Assembly (NCBI GenBank): GCA_947085985.1
Contig: CAMTYL010000004.1
Coordinates: 1-59,546 of the forward strand
DNA: 59,546 nt
Direction: 5' to 3'
Origin: an uncultured bacterium
Lineage (GTDB): Bacteria; Patescibacteriota; Minisyncoccia; Phycocordibacterales; Phycocordibacteraceae
Below, in pieces: positions 38,317 through 47,324 of this stretch. Every line of letters starts with the position of its first letter. The stretch's first letter is position 1. The notes beneath the pieces were generated by a model. That model made no database searches. It worked only from the letters and a program-made list of their open reading frames with translations, and had not been told where the DNA came from. Both the position numbers and the translations under genes were made by a program.

Positions 38317-40488
38317 ATGAAGGCATCTGACCCGATTGTGCTCCATTTCCCGCGACTTCGGCCGGATCAGCGCAAGGCACTCACGAAACTAGGGCTCCAT
38401 ACTATCTCGGATTTGCTCTATCACTTCCCTGCGCGCTACGAGGCAGCGGGCCCCACAGGCACTATTTCTGGCGTTTCAACGGGAGCCGATGTGACACTCT
38501 ACGGAACAGTGCGAAAGCCGGTGGCTAAGAAGGCGTGGAAGAGTAAAAAGCCTATCGGTGAGGCGTGGCTAGAAGATGCCAGCGGCAAAATCAAAATGAT
38601 GTGGTTTGGCCAGCCGTACATGGCAAAAATGCTCACCGATGGCATGGTGGTAAAAGCCACGGGCAAGATTGCAGGTACGGGCGCAAAAGCGTACCTTGCC
38701 AACCCAGAAATTGATAAGTCTCCGGTGCCTCCCGAAGGGATTCACGACACGCTCTTTGCTAAGGGTGAAAGTACTGCAGTGTCAGACGACACCCTCTACG
38801 CCATCTATCCAGAAAGTAAGGGCATTTCGTCCCTCTGGCTGCTTCATGCCTGTCGCAAAATATTTGAAACAGGGGTACAGAACACGATAGTGGACCCCAT
38901 ACCCGCCGACATGCTCGCACGCTATAACTTGCCGGTGCTCTCCTCAGCACTCGTGTGGATGCACGTACCCCGCAAACTAAGCGACGCGCAAGCGGCAAGA
39001 AAGCGCTTTGCGTTCCAAGAAGTACTTGCGCTGCAACTCACCTCGCAGATGCTCCGTCGCCAGACAGAAAAGGAGAAGGCGCTCCCTATAGACGTGAACG
39101 AGGCACCGCTTAAAGATTTCATCGCCTCCTTCCCGTTCCCACCGACAGGTGCGCAGTCTCGCACCATTGAACAGGTGCGCAAAGACTTTGAGCGCGGGTA
39201 CCCCATGCGTCGCTTGCTTGAGGGCGACGTGGGTAGTGGTAAGACAGCCGTGGCAGCGGCAACCGCGTATATGGTGGCAACGTCTACCCCACCAGGGCGC
39301 CGCAGTGGCACACTCCAAGTCGCCTACATGTGCCCAACTGAAATCCTAGCCAAGCAGCATTTTTCTACGTTTGTTTCATATTTCAAAGAACATCCTATTG
39401 CTATTGGCCTTATCACGGGCAGTGAGTGCCGCAAGTTCCCAAGCAAAATTCGTGGCGAAGAATCAGCAAAAGTATCACGCGCGCAGTTTGCTAAGTGGGT
39501 AGCAAACGGCGAAATTCCGATTGTGATTGGTACGCATGCGCTCGTATACAAGTCGCTTGAGTTTCAAAACCTCGCGTACGCCATTATTGACGAGCAACAC
39601 CGCTTTGGCAAGGCGCATCGTCAAAAACTCCTGAAGAAAGACGGGGTTGCGCCGCACTTGCTTTCCATGACGGCGACCCCTATTCCGCGCACGCTCGCAC
39701 TCACCATATATGGTGACCTTGATATTTCTCTTTTGGACGAAATGCCCGTGGGCCGTAAGCCAGTGATAACAGAAATCTTGGGCCCTGAAGTGCGCGAAAC
39801 TGCGTACAGTCGCATGCGCGAGGAACTAGCAAAAGGTCGCCAAGGATATGTTATTTGTCCGCGCATTGATGAGCCAGACCCAAGCAAGGAAATGGCACTC
39901 CAAGCAAAATCGGTGAAAGCCGAGGCAGAGCGACTGGGGCGCGACATTTTCCCCGAGTACTCAGTGGATATTTTGCACAGCAAGATGACTCCAGCTGATA
40001 AAGAGGCGGTCATGAAGCGATTTGAAAAGGGCGAAGTGGATATCTTGGTAGCGACGTCGGTGGTGGAGGTGGGGGTGAACGTGCCAAACGCCACCGTCAT
40101 TTTAATTGAAGGCTCGGAGCGATTTGGTCTATCGCAGTTGCACCAGCTACGCGGACGCGTTATTCGCTCAAACAACCAAGCGTATTGTTTCCTCCTTCCT
40201 GAGTCCTACGGCGAAGCGACCAAGAACCGTCTCACCGCGCTCACCACTGCCGCTAACGGCTTTGAGCTAGCAGAGCACGACTTGGCACTGCGGGGTGCCG
40301 GCGAGCTGTATGGCGCACGCCAATGGGGTGTGTCCGACATTGCTATGGAGGCACTGAAAAATCTAAAGCTTGTAGAAGCTGCGCGCGAGGAGGCGCGCGC
40401 GCTGGTAGACGAGGACCTGACGCTTGCAAAGCACCCTGCCCTGCGCGAGCTGGCACGAGCTGCCGACGAGGAGGTGCATCCAGAGTAG
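38317..40488 (+). CDS. recG: ATP-dependent DNA helicase RecG
   Basis: Start set to ATG 38317 (MKASDPIV). Wedge/OB N-terminus, GDVGSGKT, DEQHRFG, SATPIPRT-like MTATPIPRT, QLRGRV. Confidence 0.92.
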   Translation: MKASDPIVLHFPRLRPDQRKALTKLGLHTISDLLYHFPARYEAAGPTGTISGVSTGADVTLYGTVRKPVAKKAWKSKKPIGEAWLEDASGKIKMMWFGQPYMAKMLTDGMVVKATGKIAGTGAKAYLANPEIDKSPVPPEGIHDTLFAKGESTAVSDDTLYAIYPESKGISSLWLLHACRKIFETGVQNTIVDPIPADMLARYNLPVLSSALVWMHVPRKLSDAQAARKRFAFQEVLALQLTSQMLRRQTEKEKALPIDVNEAPLKDFIASFPFPPTGAQSRTIEQVRKDFERGYPMRRLLEGDVGSGKTAVAAATAYMVATSTPPGRRSGTLQVAYMCPTEILAKQHFSTFVSYFKEHPIAIGLITGSECRKFPSKIRGEESAKVSRAQFAKWVANGEIPIVIGTHALVYKSLEFQNLAYAIIDEQHRFGKAHRQKLLKKDGVAPHLLSMTATPIPRTLALTIYGDLDISLLDEMPVGRKPVITEILGPEVRETAYSRMREELAKGRQGYVICPRIDEPDPSKEMALQAKSVKAEAERLGRDIFPEYSVDILHSKMTPADKEAVMKRFEKGEVDILVATSVVEVGVNVPNATVILIEGSERFGLSQLHQLRGRVIRSNNQAYCFLLPESYGEATKNRLTALTTAANGFELAEHDLALRGAGELYGARQWGVSDIAMEALKNLKLVEAAREEARALVDEDLTLAKHPALRELARAADEEVHPE

Positions 40489-40512
40489 TGATGCGTTAAA
40501 GTAGGGTTGTGC

Positions 40513-40586
40513 GCGTCCGTAGCTCAGTTGGTTAGAGCTCGGAGCTTATACCTCCGCGGTCCCTGGTTCGAGTCCAGGCGGACGCA
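40513..40586 (+). tRNA. tRNA-Ile (anticodon UAU)
   Basis: Acceptor GCGTCCG/CGGACGC, D arm GCTC..GAGC, anticodon arm CGGAG-CTTATAC-CTCCG, T arm CCTGG-TTCGAGT-CCAGG. Confidence 0.88.
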
Positions 40587-40613
40587 CCCCAATAGCTTCT
40601 AGTGCCCGAACGA

Positions 40614-40674
40614 GCGCAGAGTGTACCCCTAGTATACCTACGCGGTCGCAGGTATCGAGTCCAAGAGGGCGCAT
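40614..40674 (+). pseudogene. decayed partial copy of the 3' half of the neighbouring tRNA-Ile(UAU)
   Basis: tatacctacgcggtcgcaggtatcgagtccaagagggcgca aligns with tatacctccgcggtccctggttcgagtccaggcggacgca of the intact gene. It has no D arm and its T stem is broken. Confidence 0.55.
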
Positions 40675-40676
40675 CA

Positions 40677-40714
40677 AAAAATAAAACAACGACCAGAAAG
40701 GTCGTTGTTTTATT
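40677..40714. terminator. bidirectional terminator between the tRNA locus and ftsH
   Basis: aaaataaaacaacgacc-agaa-aggtcgttgttttatttt. Confidence 0.8.
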
Positions 40715-40717
40715 TTC

Positions 40718-42664
40718 TTACACCACCCCCTCCTCCTCTTTTGCCTTTGGTGTGATGCCGTTTGCGATGAGAAGCTTTTCAAACTCTTCGCGCTCAAGCG
40801 TCTCTACTTCAACAAGGCGCTCTGCAATTGCGTTTAGGGCGCCACGATGATCCATCAATACTTGCTTTGCTCGCTCGCGTCCTTCGTTTAGGATGCGCGT
40901 CACTTCGCCATCAATCTTCATGGCGATGTCTTGTGAGTATGCATGCTCACCGTACCCGCGATCTACAGAGAATGCGACAGGACCAACAAGGTCGCTCATG
41001 CCGTAGCGCGCCACCATGTCACGCGCTAACGCGGTGATAACGGCCAGGTCGTTTGAAGGGCCCGTAGTAAGGTCATCAAACACCATTTCCTCTGCCACGT
41101 ACCCGCCGAGCGTTGTTGCAATGTCGTCTAGGAACTCTTTGCGTGACTGCATCTTGCGATCCTCAAATGGCAGCTTTAGGGTGTAGCCGGCTGCACGCCC
41201 ACGACTGATGATGGAGATCTTGTGAATTGGATCTGCAAACTCAAGCACAGAGCCCACCAGCGCGTGCCCCGCCTCGTGGTACGCCGTGAGGCGCTTCTCG
41301 CGCTTACTCATCAAGTGGCTCTTTCGCTCGGGACCGAGCATCACTTTCTCAATAGAGCGGATAAGGTCGTACTGCGTAATCTCCTTTCTCGCTTCGCGAG
41401 CGGCAAGGATGGCGCCCTCGTTCATAAGTGAGTAGAGCTCTGCTCCAGAGAATCCAGGTGTGCGCTCTGCGATAACTTCCAGACTTACGTCAGGGCCAAA
41501 CGGCTTCTTGCGTGAGTGCACGGTGAGAATTTCCAAGCGGTCCTTTCGGTCTGGCAAATCAATCGTCACACGACGGTCAAAGCGACCAGGGCGAAGAAGT
41601 GCTGGGTCGAGCACATCCGGGCGGTTGGTAGCGGCCATCACGATCACCTTCTCGGTTGGATCAAAGCCGTCCATCTCCACAAGGATTTGGTTGAGCGTTT
41701 GCTCGCGCTCATCGTTTCCTCCACCAACACCCGTACCGCGCACACGCCCCACGGCGTCAATTTCGTCCACAAAGATAATGGACGGCGCATTCTTTTTTGC
41801 GAGCTGGAACAAATCGCGTACGCGGGATGCTCCCACTCCCACAAACATCTCCACAAACTCAGAACCAGAGATAGAGAAGAATGGCACACCTGCCTCTCCT
41901 GCAACCGCACGAGCAAGGAGCGTCTTTCCTGTTCCGGGAGCACCCATCAAGATAATGCCCTTTGGAATGCGTGCACCTATGTCTAGAAACTTCTTTGGGC
42001 TCTTTAGGAAGTCCACGATTTCCATGAGCTCCTCCTTTGCCTCCTTAGCGCCAGCAACGTCTGCAAACATGATGCGCTGAGAGGTGTCAGACGGGTCAAT
42101 CATGCGCGCCTTTGACTGACCAAAGGTAAGCGCCTGCATGCCTCCCCCCTTCACTTGGCGCGTAAGGAACCAGAACAAGAATCCGATAAAGAGAATCGGC
42201 AAAATAATTGGCGCAAGCGCGAGGAACCAGTACTTAAATCCTGATTCGTTTGCGATGGTGATTGCTACCGCCGTAATTTGCTCGGGCGTTGCTCCATAGC
42301 TCACCAATGTCTCTGGAAGAGACGCGCTTGGCTCTTTCATGGCGCGCTTTGTGGTCCCGTCCTTGTAGGCAAGCTCCAAGTTGTTGCCCTGCACCTTGAT
42401 TGAGGTAATGGCACCTTCCTTTACACTGGTGGCTACCTGCGAGAGTGAAATGTCTTCCTTCTCCTTGGAATTTGAAGTGAAAAGGCTGTACGCGCTAATA
42501 AGGAGGAGGAAGATAAGTACCGTGGAAAGGAAATTCCCCGCAAACCCAGGACCCCCAGGGAGGAACTGGCTCTTGGTACTACCCTTCTTTGCTGCTACTT
42601 TTTCTTTCTTGCCCGGCTGTTTTTTAGATGGGGTTGGCATATAGAGTGTGAAATCACTATACAA
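40718..42664 (-). CDS. ftsH: ATP-dependent zinc metalloprotease FtsH
   Basis: Two N-terminal TM helices, AAA+ Walker [15 protein letters not shown], zinc motif HEAGHAL. The true start may be the Met at 42640. Confidence 0.95.
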   Translation of the reverse strand: MYSDFTLYMPTPSKKQPGKKEKVAAKKGSTKSQFLPGGPGFAGNFLSTVLIFLLLISAYSLFTSNSKEKEDISLSQVATSVKEGAITSIKVQGNNLELAYKDGTTKRAMKEPSASLPETLVSYGATPEQITAVAITIANESGFKYWFLALAPIILPILFIGFLFWFLTRQVKGGGMQALTFGQSKARMIDPSDTSQRIMFADVAGAKEAKEELMEIVDFLKSPKKFLDIGARIPKGIILMGAPGTGKTLLARAVAGEAGVPFFSISGSEFVEMFVGVGASRVRDLFQLAKKNAPSIIFVDEIDAVGRVRGTGVGGGNDEREQTLNQILVEMDGFDPTEKVIVMAATNRPDVLDPALLRPGRFDRRVTIDLPDRKDRLEILTVHSRKKPFGPDVSLEVIAERTPGFSGAELYSLMNEGAILAAREARKEITQYDLIRSIEKVMLGPERKSHLMSKREKRLTAYHEAGHALVGSVLEFADPIHKISIISRGRAAGYTLKLPFEDRKMQSRKEFLDDIATTLGGYVAEEMVFDDLTTGPSNDLAVITALARDMVARYGMSDLVGPVAFSVDRGYGEHAYSQDIAMKIDGEVTRILNEGRERAKQVLMDHRGALNAIAERLVEVETLEREEFEKLLIANGITPKAKEEEGVV

Positions 42665-42720
42665 TATATGGCCTGCCCTGGGAATTCCTGTGACTTGCCT
42701 ACAGTGCTACTATTCCCTAC

Positions 42721-43170
42721 ATGGCATCTCTGATAGAGAACAAGAAAGCACGCCTTCGCTTTGAGGTACTGACTACCTATCAAGCGGGGCTTGAACTTCT
42801 GGGAACAGAGGTGAAATCAGTGCGCACCAAGCTTGGGAGCCTGGACGGCTCGCGCGTGATTGTGCGTGGTGGCGAGGCATACATTGTGGGCATGACTATT
42901 CCCCCGTTCCAGGTAGCAAACGCTCACAAGGGGTACGACCCAGAGCGCACGCGCCGATTGCTTCTAAAACGCTCGGAAATTGCTGAACTGCTGGACGCCG
43001 AGGCAAAGAAGGGATTGACAATAGTGCCACTTGAGGTGTATAATAATGGAAGATACCTGAAGGCAAGCGTTGCAATAGTGCGCGGCAAGAACAAGGCAGA
43101 CAAGCGCGAGGATATGAAACGCGCGGATGCCAAGAAAGAAGCTGCGCAACTGTTAAAACGTTCTGTATAA
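42721..43170 (+). CDS. smpB: SsrA-binding protein SmpB
   Basis: 149 aa. NKKARLRFEVL...YQAGLELLGTEVKS...GYDPERTRRLLL; basic C-terminal tail. Confidence 0.93.
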   Translation: MASLIENKKARLRFEVLTTYQAGLELLGTEVKSVRTKLGSLDGSRVIVRGGEAYIVGMTIPPFQVANAHKGYDPERTRRLLLKRSEIAELLDAEAKKGLTIVPLEVYNNGRYLKASVAIVRGKNKADKREDMKRADAKKEAAQLLKRSV

Positions 43171-43221
43171 TTGAAAAAGACGAATATCTGAAAGTGACCT
43201 GCCAGCTGAGAGGAGCAGAGA

Positions 43222-43419
43222 ATGGCGAGAACGTCGTGTGATACAAAGGCTGAACTTCTGCGCCGTCGGGCGTGGTTCCGTGAACGGGAGCTCGGCCAGA
43301 ATCCCAACTTCGGTGAAATTGGCGAGGACGACCCCAAGGACCACGGACTGATGGACTCCGAGAGCGTGTTCGCCGATGAAGGAGACGATGTCGAGCCGCT
43401 CGACAAAATCTTCCGCTAG
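43222..43419 (+). CDS. small acidic hypothetical protein (65 aa)
   Basis: ATG preceded by AGGAG at about 7-nt spacing; a hairpin (tggtggtcgc-agta-gcgaccacca) follows the stop; no homology recognised. Confidence 0.35.
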   Translation: MARTSCDTKAELLRRRAWFRERELGQNPNFGEIGEDDPKDHGLMDSESVFADEGDDVEPLDKIFR

Positions 43420-43550
43420 CTTCCGCCGGCGTCACTTCGGGGAATTGGTGGTCGCAGTACGCGACCACCAGATTCTCCTCACTTTCAGGTATTTGTCTTT
43501 TGTGCGGGCCCTTCCCAGTGGCCACTCGATCTCCTGATAGAGTGGCCACT

Positions 43551-43958
43551 GGGGGTGACCGGCTTTGACGGTCTTGTACTTTGAGAGACGTGCGACGCGG
43601 TGGAAGTATGCTGACCACCTAAAAACGTATGCAACTAAACTTGCCAAGAATTCTCTTGCAAGCGTAAAGTCTCCTTACTTCGGTAAGTCGGATTTTGCGT
43701 TCGCTTACGCGTAAAAGCTTCGCGCTTTCGCCTGAGCGACATCTTATCTATCCCGGGTTTCGTAGCGGGTAGGTAGGGTGGAATCTTCTACGGAATCGGT
43801 ATCTAGGGCCTCCCTGCCCCAGGCTTAAAAGATGGGATTGGGTGCGAGTGGTTTCGCTTTTGTTTTTACACTCACACCGACACTTCAATAGAAGCTACGC
43901 GTCGTAGACTCGCTCTTAAAGCAAGATTCGGACCGGAGTTCAACTCTCCGCACCTCCA
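43551..43958 (+). ncRNA. ssrA: tmRNA (SsrA)
   Basis: 5' GGGGGUGACCGGCUUUGACGG pairs with 3' CACCUCC-A, including the G3:U70 alanine identity pair. T arm CGGAG-UUCAACU-CUCCG. The internal tag frame ends ...GKSDFAFAYA-UAA (stop at 43712-43714). The gene sits next to smpB. The resume codon is not determined. Confidence 0.85.
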
Positions 43959-45590
43959 CATGGTTTCATGATTAGGCACGAAAGTGCCTTTTTGTGTATA
44001 TTCTTCCTGGTTTTCTAGAGGTTCTAACCAAACACCAAGAGAGCTTGCTTCAAGTAGAACCTGTACCGGTTTTTCCGTATTCATAGTGAGTATTCCCTGG
44101 TCGAGAACATGCTCATCACCTAGAGCAGCAATAATGGCTCTTCGCTCCAATACTCCGCCTTTAGCAAACTCCTCACTGGCTCGTTCAGCAAACGTCATGA
44201 GTCGTTCAGCGTCATCTATCCAGGTCTTGAATCGTTGGTCTACTGACTCAATTTCAACTTTTAATCTTCGTTCCTCTGCTTCAAGCGTTGCTCTTCGTTC
44301 CTTATATTCATCACCCTCAATCTCGCTAGCCAGTCTCATCTCAAAGAGCGTTGTTAGCTGCTGCTGTGTGGCCTTGAGTGCCCGTTCCTGCTTGTAGAGG
44401 ATAGAATCCTTATCATTGGATTCCCTTTCATATTCAGTACGGAGTTCAGCCATAGCCCACTCGTGGAATCGAGCGTCTATCTGAATTGAGGAGAGGAAAT
44501 CAGCGAACACTACTTCTAATTGCTTTTCGGTTATAGACTTCTGCTTACAATCACTCTTTATCTTCCCTGTGCAACGATAATAGGAGTATTCGTGGTAATT
44601 CCCATTCATCTGGGTCTTAGTCTTCTTTTCGCAGGTTATCCTTGCGCCACATGCACCACAGCGCATAAGTCCGGTATACGCGTGGACATGAGTGGTGCTT
44701 CTTGGCTTTCCTTTCTTTCCTAGCAGTCTTTGCACCTCATCAAATTGAGCTCGCGTAATTAAAGGCGTGTGTGTGCCTTGGTAAGTGATGATTTCGACGT
44801 CCTTATCTCCCCTCCTCACAGACCAAGTAAATTCGCCGTAGTAAAAGGAGTTGTTGAGAATGTTATAGAAGCCGTGTATGGATAGCGGCCTCCCGTTCGG
44901 ATTCCTGACTGTTTTACGCGCCCTCATGCCCCACTCCTTTACTGACAGCATATAGACCTGAAACGGCGTGTACTTGCGTGAAAGCAGAGTATCGAAAATC
45001 TTCTTTATTAGTACGGCATTGTGTTCGTCTATTTCGCAGACCTCTGGCTTACCTTTCTCCCTGAATTTGGTGTTCTTATAACCAATCGGAGCAAGGCACG
45101 GACGGAAGCCTCGCCGAAGCGACTCCATCTGTCCACGCTTTATATGCTTCTTGAGGTCGCGTGAGTACTGCGTTGAGGAACTCATTTCGACAGACCACAT
45201 GATTGTGTGGTCATCGGGGTAGAGATCTCTGTCGGTAGCCTTTATATTCTTGATGATTTCTTTCTGGAGAAAGTACTTAATCTCCCCTTCGTCAATTGAG
45301 TTGCGTGAGAGACGGTCAATTTTGAAACATAGGATTGCATTCGCATTCCCTTCCTCGATGTACCTCATCATTGCCGTAAACTCAGGTCTTTGCCGAGGCT
45401 CGCTTGCAGATACCGTCTCAGTAAACTCTTTAACGACCTTTAACCCGTACTTTGAAGCTAGCTCGTGGACTTCATTAAGCTGCGAAAGGATAGAAGGTAC
45501 GCCAACATCCTCCTCGGTCCTATTGGCCTTAATCGAGCGTCTCGCATAGATAACATATTTAAGCCCCTTATCTCTATCCTCCCTGTACAT
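43872..45590 (-). CDS. large serine recombinase (integrase)
   Basis: Resolvase catalytic domain (YVIYARRS ... FKIDRLSRN), recombinase domain, zinc ribbon (CGACGARITC ... YYRCTGKIKSDC) and coiled-coil. Start set to ATG 45590 (the track start at 45635 is TTG). The last ~30 codons overlap ssrA. Confidence 0.88.
   Translation of the reverse strand: MYREDRDKGLKYVIYARRSIKANRTEEDVGVPSILSQLNEVHELASKYGLKVVKEFTETVSASEPRQRPEFTAMMRYIEEGNANAILCFKIDRLSRNSIDEGEIKYFLQKEIIKNIKATDRDLYPDDHTIMWSVEMSSSTQYSRDLKKHIKRGQMESLRRGFRPCLAPIGYKNTKFREKGKPEVCEIDEHNAVLIKKIFDTLLSRKYTPFQVYMLSVKEWGMRARKTVRNPNGRPLSIHGFYNILNNSFYYGEFTWSVRRGDKDVEIITYQGTHTPLITRAQFDEVQRLLGKKGKPRSTTHVHAYTGLMRCGACGARITCEKKTKTQMNGNYHEYSYYRCTGKIKSDCKQKSITEKQLEVVFADFLSSIQIDARFHEWAMAELRTEYERESNDKDSILYKQERALKATQQQLTTLFEMRLASEIEGDEYKERRATLEAEERRLKVEIESVDQRFKTWIDDAERLMTFAERASEEFAKGGVLERRAIIAALGDEHVLDQGILTMNTEKPVQVLLEASSLGVWLEPLENQEEYTQKGTFVPNHETMWRCGELNSGPNLALRASLRRVASIEVSV
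43974..43993 (+). terminator. rho-independent terminator of ssrA (lies inside the recombinase ORF on the other strand)
   Basis: aggcac-gaaa-gtgcct followed by TTTTT, 16 nt after the tmRNA discriminator base. Confidence 0.7.
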
Positions 45591-45777
45591 ATGATTTTGA
45601 TGGCCAAAGCTGAGCGTAGGTCTGTCTGAATTCAAGCAATTCGTTTGCGTCCATCTTTTCGAGAGGCGTTGTGCAAATCATGATGAGCGTCTGCACCAAC
45701 TCCTCCCGCGACATGGACTCAATCTGATGAATCATGTCCGCGACTACATAGTCTCTAAGTTCCTCGATGCTATTCAT
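45574..45777 (-). CDS. small hypothetical protein (island)
   Basis: 67-aa ORF overlapping neighbours by a few nt, in an operon-like array upstream of the recombinase. Confidence 0.4.
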   Translation of the reverse strand: MNSIEELRDYVVADMIHQIESMSREELVQTLIMICTTPLEKMDANELLEFRQTYAQLWPSKSYVQGG

Positions 45778-45958
45778 GGTTGAAGTTCTTAGTGAATCTC
45801 ACAACGAGCTTGCCGTACTGGTCTCGGACAAATGCCCTCTTACCCTTCGGGAAGCCTGATTCTTGTAAGATTCTGGCGACAAATTGCTGTTCTGCTTTCT
45901 TGGTCAGGTGATTAGCTTCTTTTCTAATAATCTTTCTCTCTGGGAATCTACTTGACAT
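45770..45958 (-). CDS. small basic hypothetical protein (island)
   Basis: 62-aa ORF overlapping the next gene by 8 nt. Confidence 0.4.
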   Translation of the reverse strand: MSSRFPERKIIRKEANHLTKKAEQQFVARILQESGFPKGKRAFVRDQYGKLVVRFTKNFNHE

Positions 45959-46207
45959 GCTGGATATTTCTATCGTATTAGGCGCGTTCCAAATGTACAG
46001 GTAGTTCTATATAGAAGTGTTCACATCACATTTAGTTTTCTGGTGGGTAAAGTCATTTCCAGTAATTCTTTAAAAAATTGGAAAGCTTATTTTTTGTTAT
46101 TATTTTTAATAATTAATCTATCTATTGTGTTGCTCACCAGGAGTACGCTTTTTGTAGCTTCTGTATCCTTGCGATAACACTTGTGTACCCCTGGAATACC
46201 AGCTGCG

Positions 46208-46861
46208 TTAATCCACTGCGAAACGGACTTGTCCTCCCTGCTTCTTCTTTTGAAGGTAGAGAATGAGTTTTGGTAGCTTCGTCTCCATTTCGGAAGGACA
46301 AACGATTACGGGCGCGTATTGCTCTCCATTCGTCGTGAGTATCGTCTGGATGTAGTACTCGAGAGTTTCTGGTCCGTAAGCTGTGAGCATCCGTTCGATA
46401 GCGGCTCGCTCCTTCCTCCTTCTCAGATACCCGTCTGTAAGCCCTGGTGCTATCGGCTTGAATAGCTCGATTAGATGAACGACTATCGGGGAAGGATTTG
46501 AATCCTCAACCTCCTCGTCATGAGTCGTCTCCTTTAATGCGAGGTGTATCACGGTAGTCTTGTACTTCTCTCTCACAGTCTTGATGAAGCCAAGTTCCTC
46601 AAGTTTATTTAGGGAGCGAGATACCTGTGCCCTGCTTACACCAGAACCGTTCTGCTTCTTTCCTATGCCATTCGTAAACTGAGAGAGGCTTATGGCATCA
46701 CTAGTCTTTCCCCAACCCAGCGTGCGTCTTAGAATGAAATCTAAGATCTTCTGGTCGGCACCTGAAAAAAGATGCCAATAATTTTCAAGCTCAATAGGGT
46801 ACGTGAAAAAATCCTTCTTGTACCGTGCTCGAAAGCCAGGAAAATTAGATGACGTATCCAT
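46208..46861 (-). CDS. replication-initiator-like winged-HTH protein (phage Rep-O-like N-terminal domain)
   Basis: KILDFILRRTLGWGK...ISLSQF...GVSRAQVSRSLNKLEELGFI matches the pattern of phage replication protein O-type N-terminal domains. Motif-level only. Confidence 0.45.
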   Translation of the reverse strand: MDTSSNFPGFRARYKKDFFTYPIELENYWHLFSGADQKILDFILRRTLGWGKTSDAISLSQFTNGIGKKQNGSGVSRAQVSRSLNKLEELGFIKTVREKYKTTVIHLALKETTHDEEVEDSNPSPIVVHLIELFKPIAPGLTDGYLRRRKERAAIERMLTAYGPETLEYYIQTILTTNGEQYAPVIVCPSEMETKLPKLILYLQKKKQGGQVRFAVD

Positions 46862-47114
46862 AAGGCATTGATTCCTGTCCTGTCATTACTCCAAGGAGGC
46901 AACGAGCGATTTTGACTTCATAGTACTTTTCAGAAACCATCTCCTGAATGATGTCTAGATATTCCTTGATAGTCTCGTAATCCTCGTATCTCACTCGTTC
47001 TATCGCGTCTAGCGAGTAAACGTACATTGCGTCGTTACGCTCACTATCCATAACCAGTTCGTTGATGAACTCTAGTTGGCTCAATAGATTGTCTCTTGCA
47101 TCATCTTTACTCAT
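46845..47114 (-). CDS. small acidic hypothetical protein (island)
   Basis: 89-aa ORF overlapping the downstream gene by 17 nt. Confidence 0.4.
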   Translation of the reverse strand: MSKDDARDNLLSQLEFINELVMDSERNDAMYVYSLDAIERVRYEDYETIKEYLDIIQEMVSEKYYEVKIARCLLGVMTGQESMPYGYVI

Positions 47115-47120
47115 GTTGCG

Positions 47121-47306
47121 TTAATTTTTTACTAATTGTCTTGGGCTACCGTAGACACTTATGTAGAGGTTGAGCAGGTAGCGAGCCGCGTGTTCTAGCG
47201 CCTCCCCTTCTAGCAATTCCCCGTACACTTGCTGATAAATCGCCTGGAACTCCTTGAGACTTTCTTCCCTCCAGCACAAGGCTGGAGGCTCGCGCGTGTG
47301 AGGCAT
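47121..47306 (-). CDS. small hypothetical protein (island)
   Basis: 61-aa ORF in the same array. Confidence 0.35.
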   Translation of the reverse strand: MPHTREPPALCWREESLKEFQAIYQQVYGELLEGEALEHAARYLLNLYISVYGSPRQLVKN

Positions 47307-47324
47307 ATAATCTTTTGAACCCTC

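Noticed and set aside
43621-43714. Exact tmRNA tag start (27-aa ATKLAKNSLASVKSPYFGKSDFAFAYA versus a shorter GKSDFAFAYA)
   Set aside because: Only the frame and the stop can be read with confidence. The resume codon needs a structural model, so no tag start is asserted.
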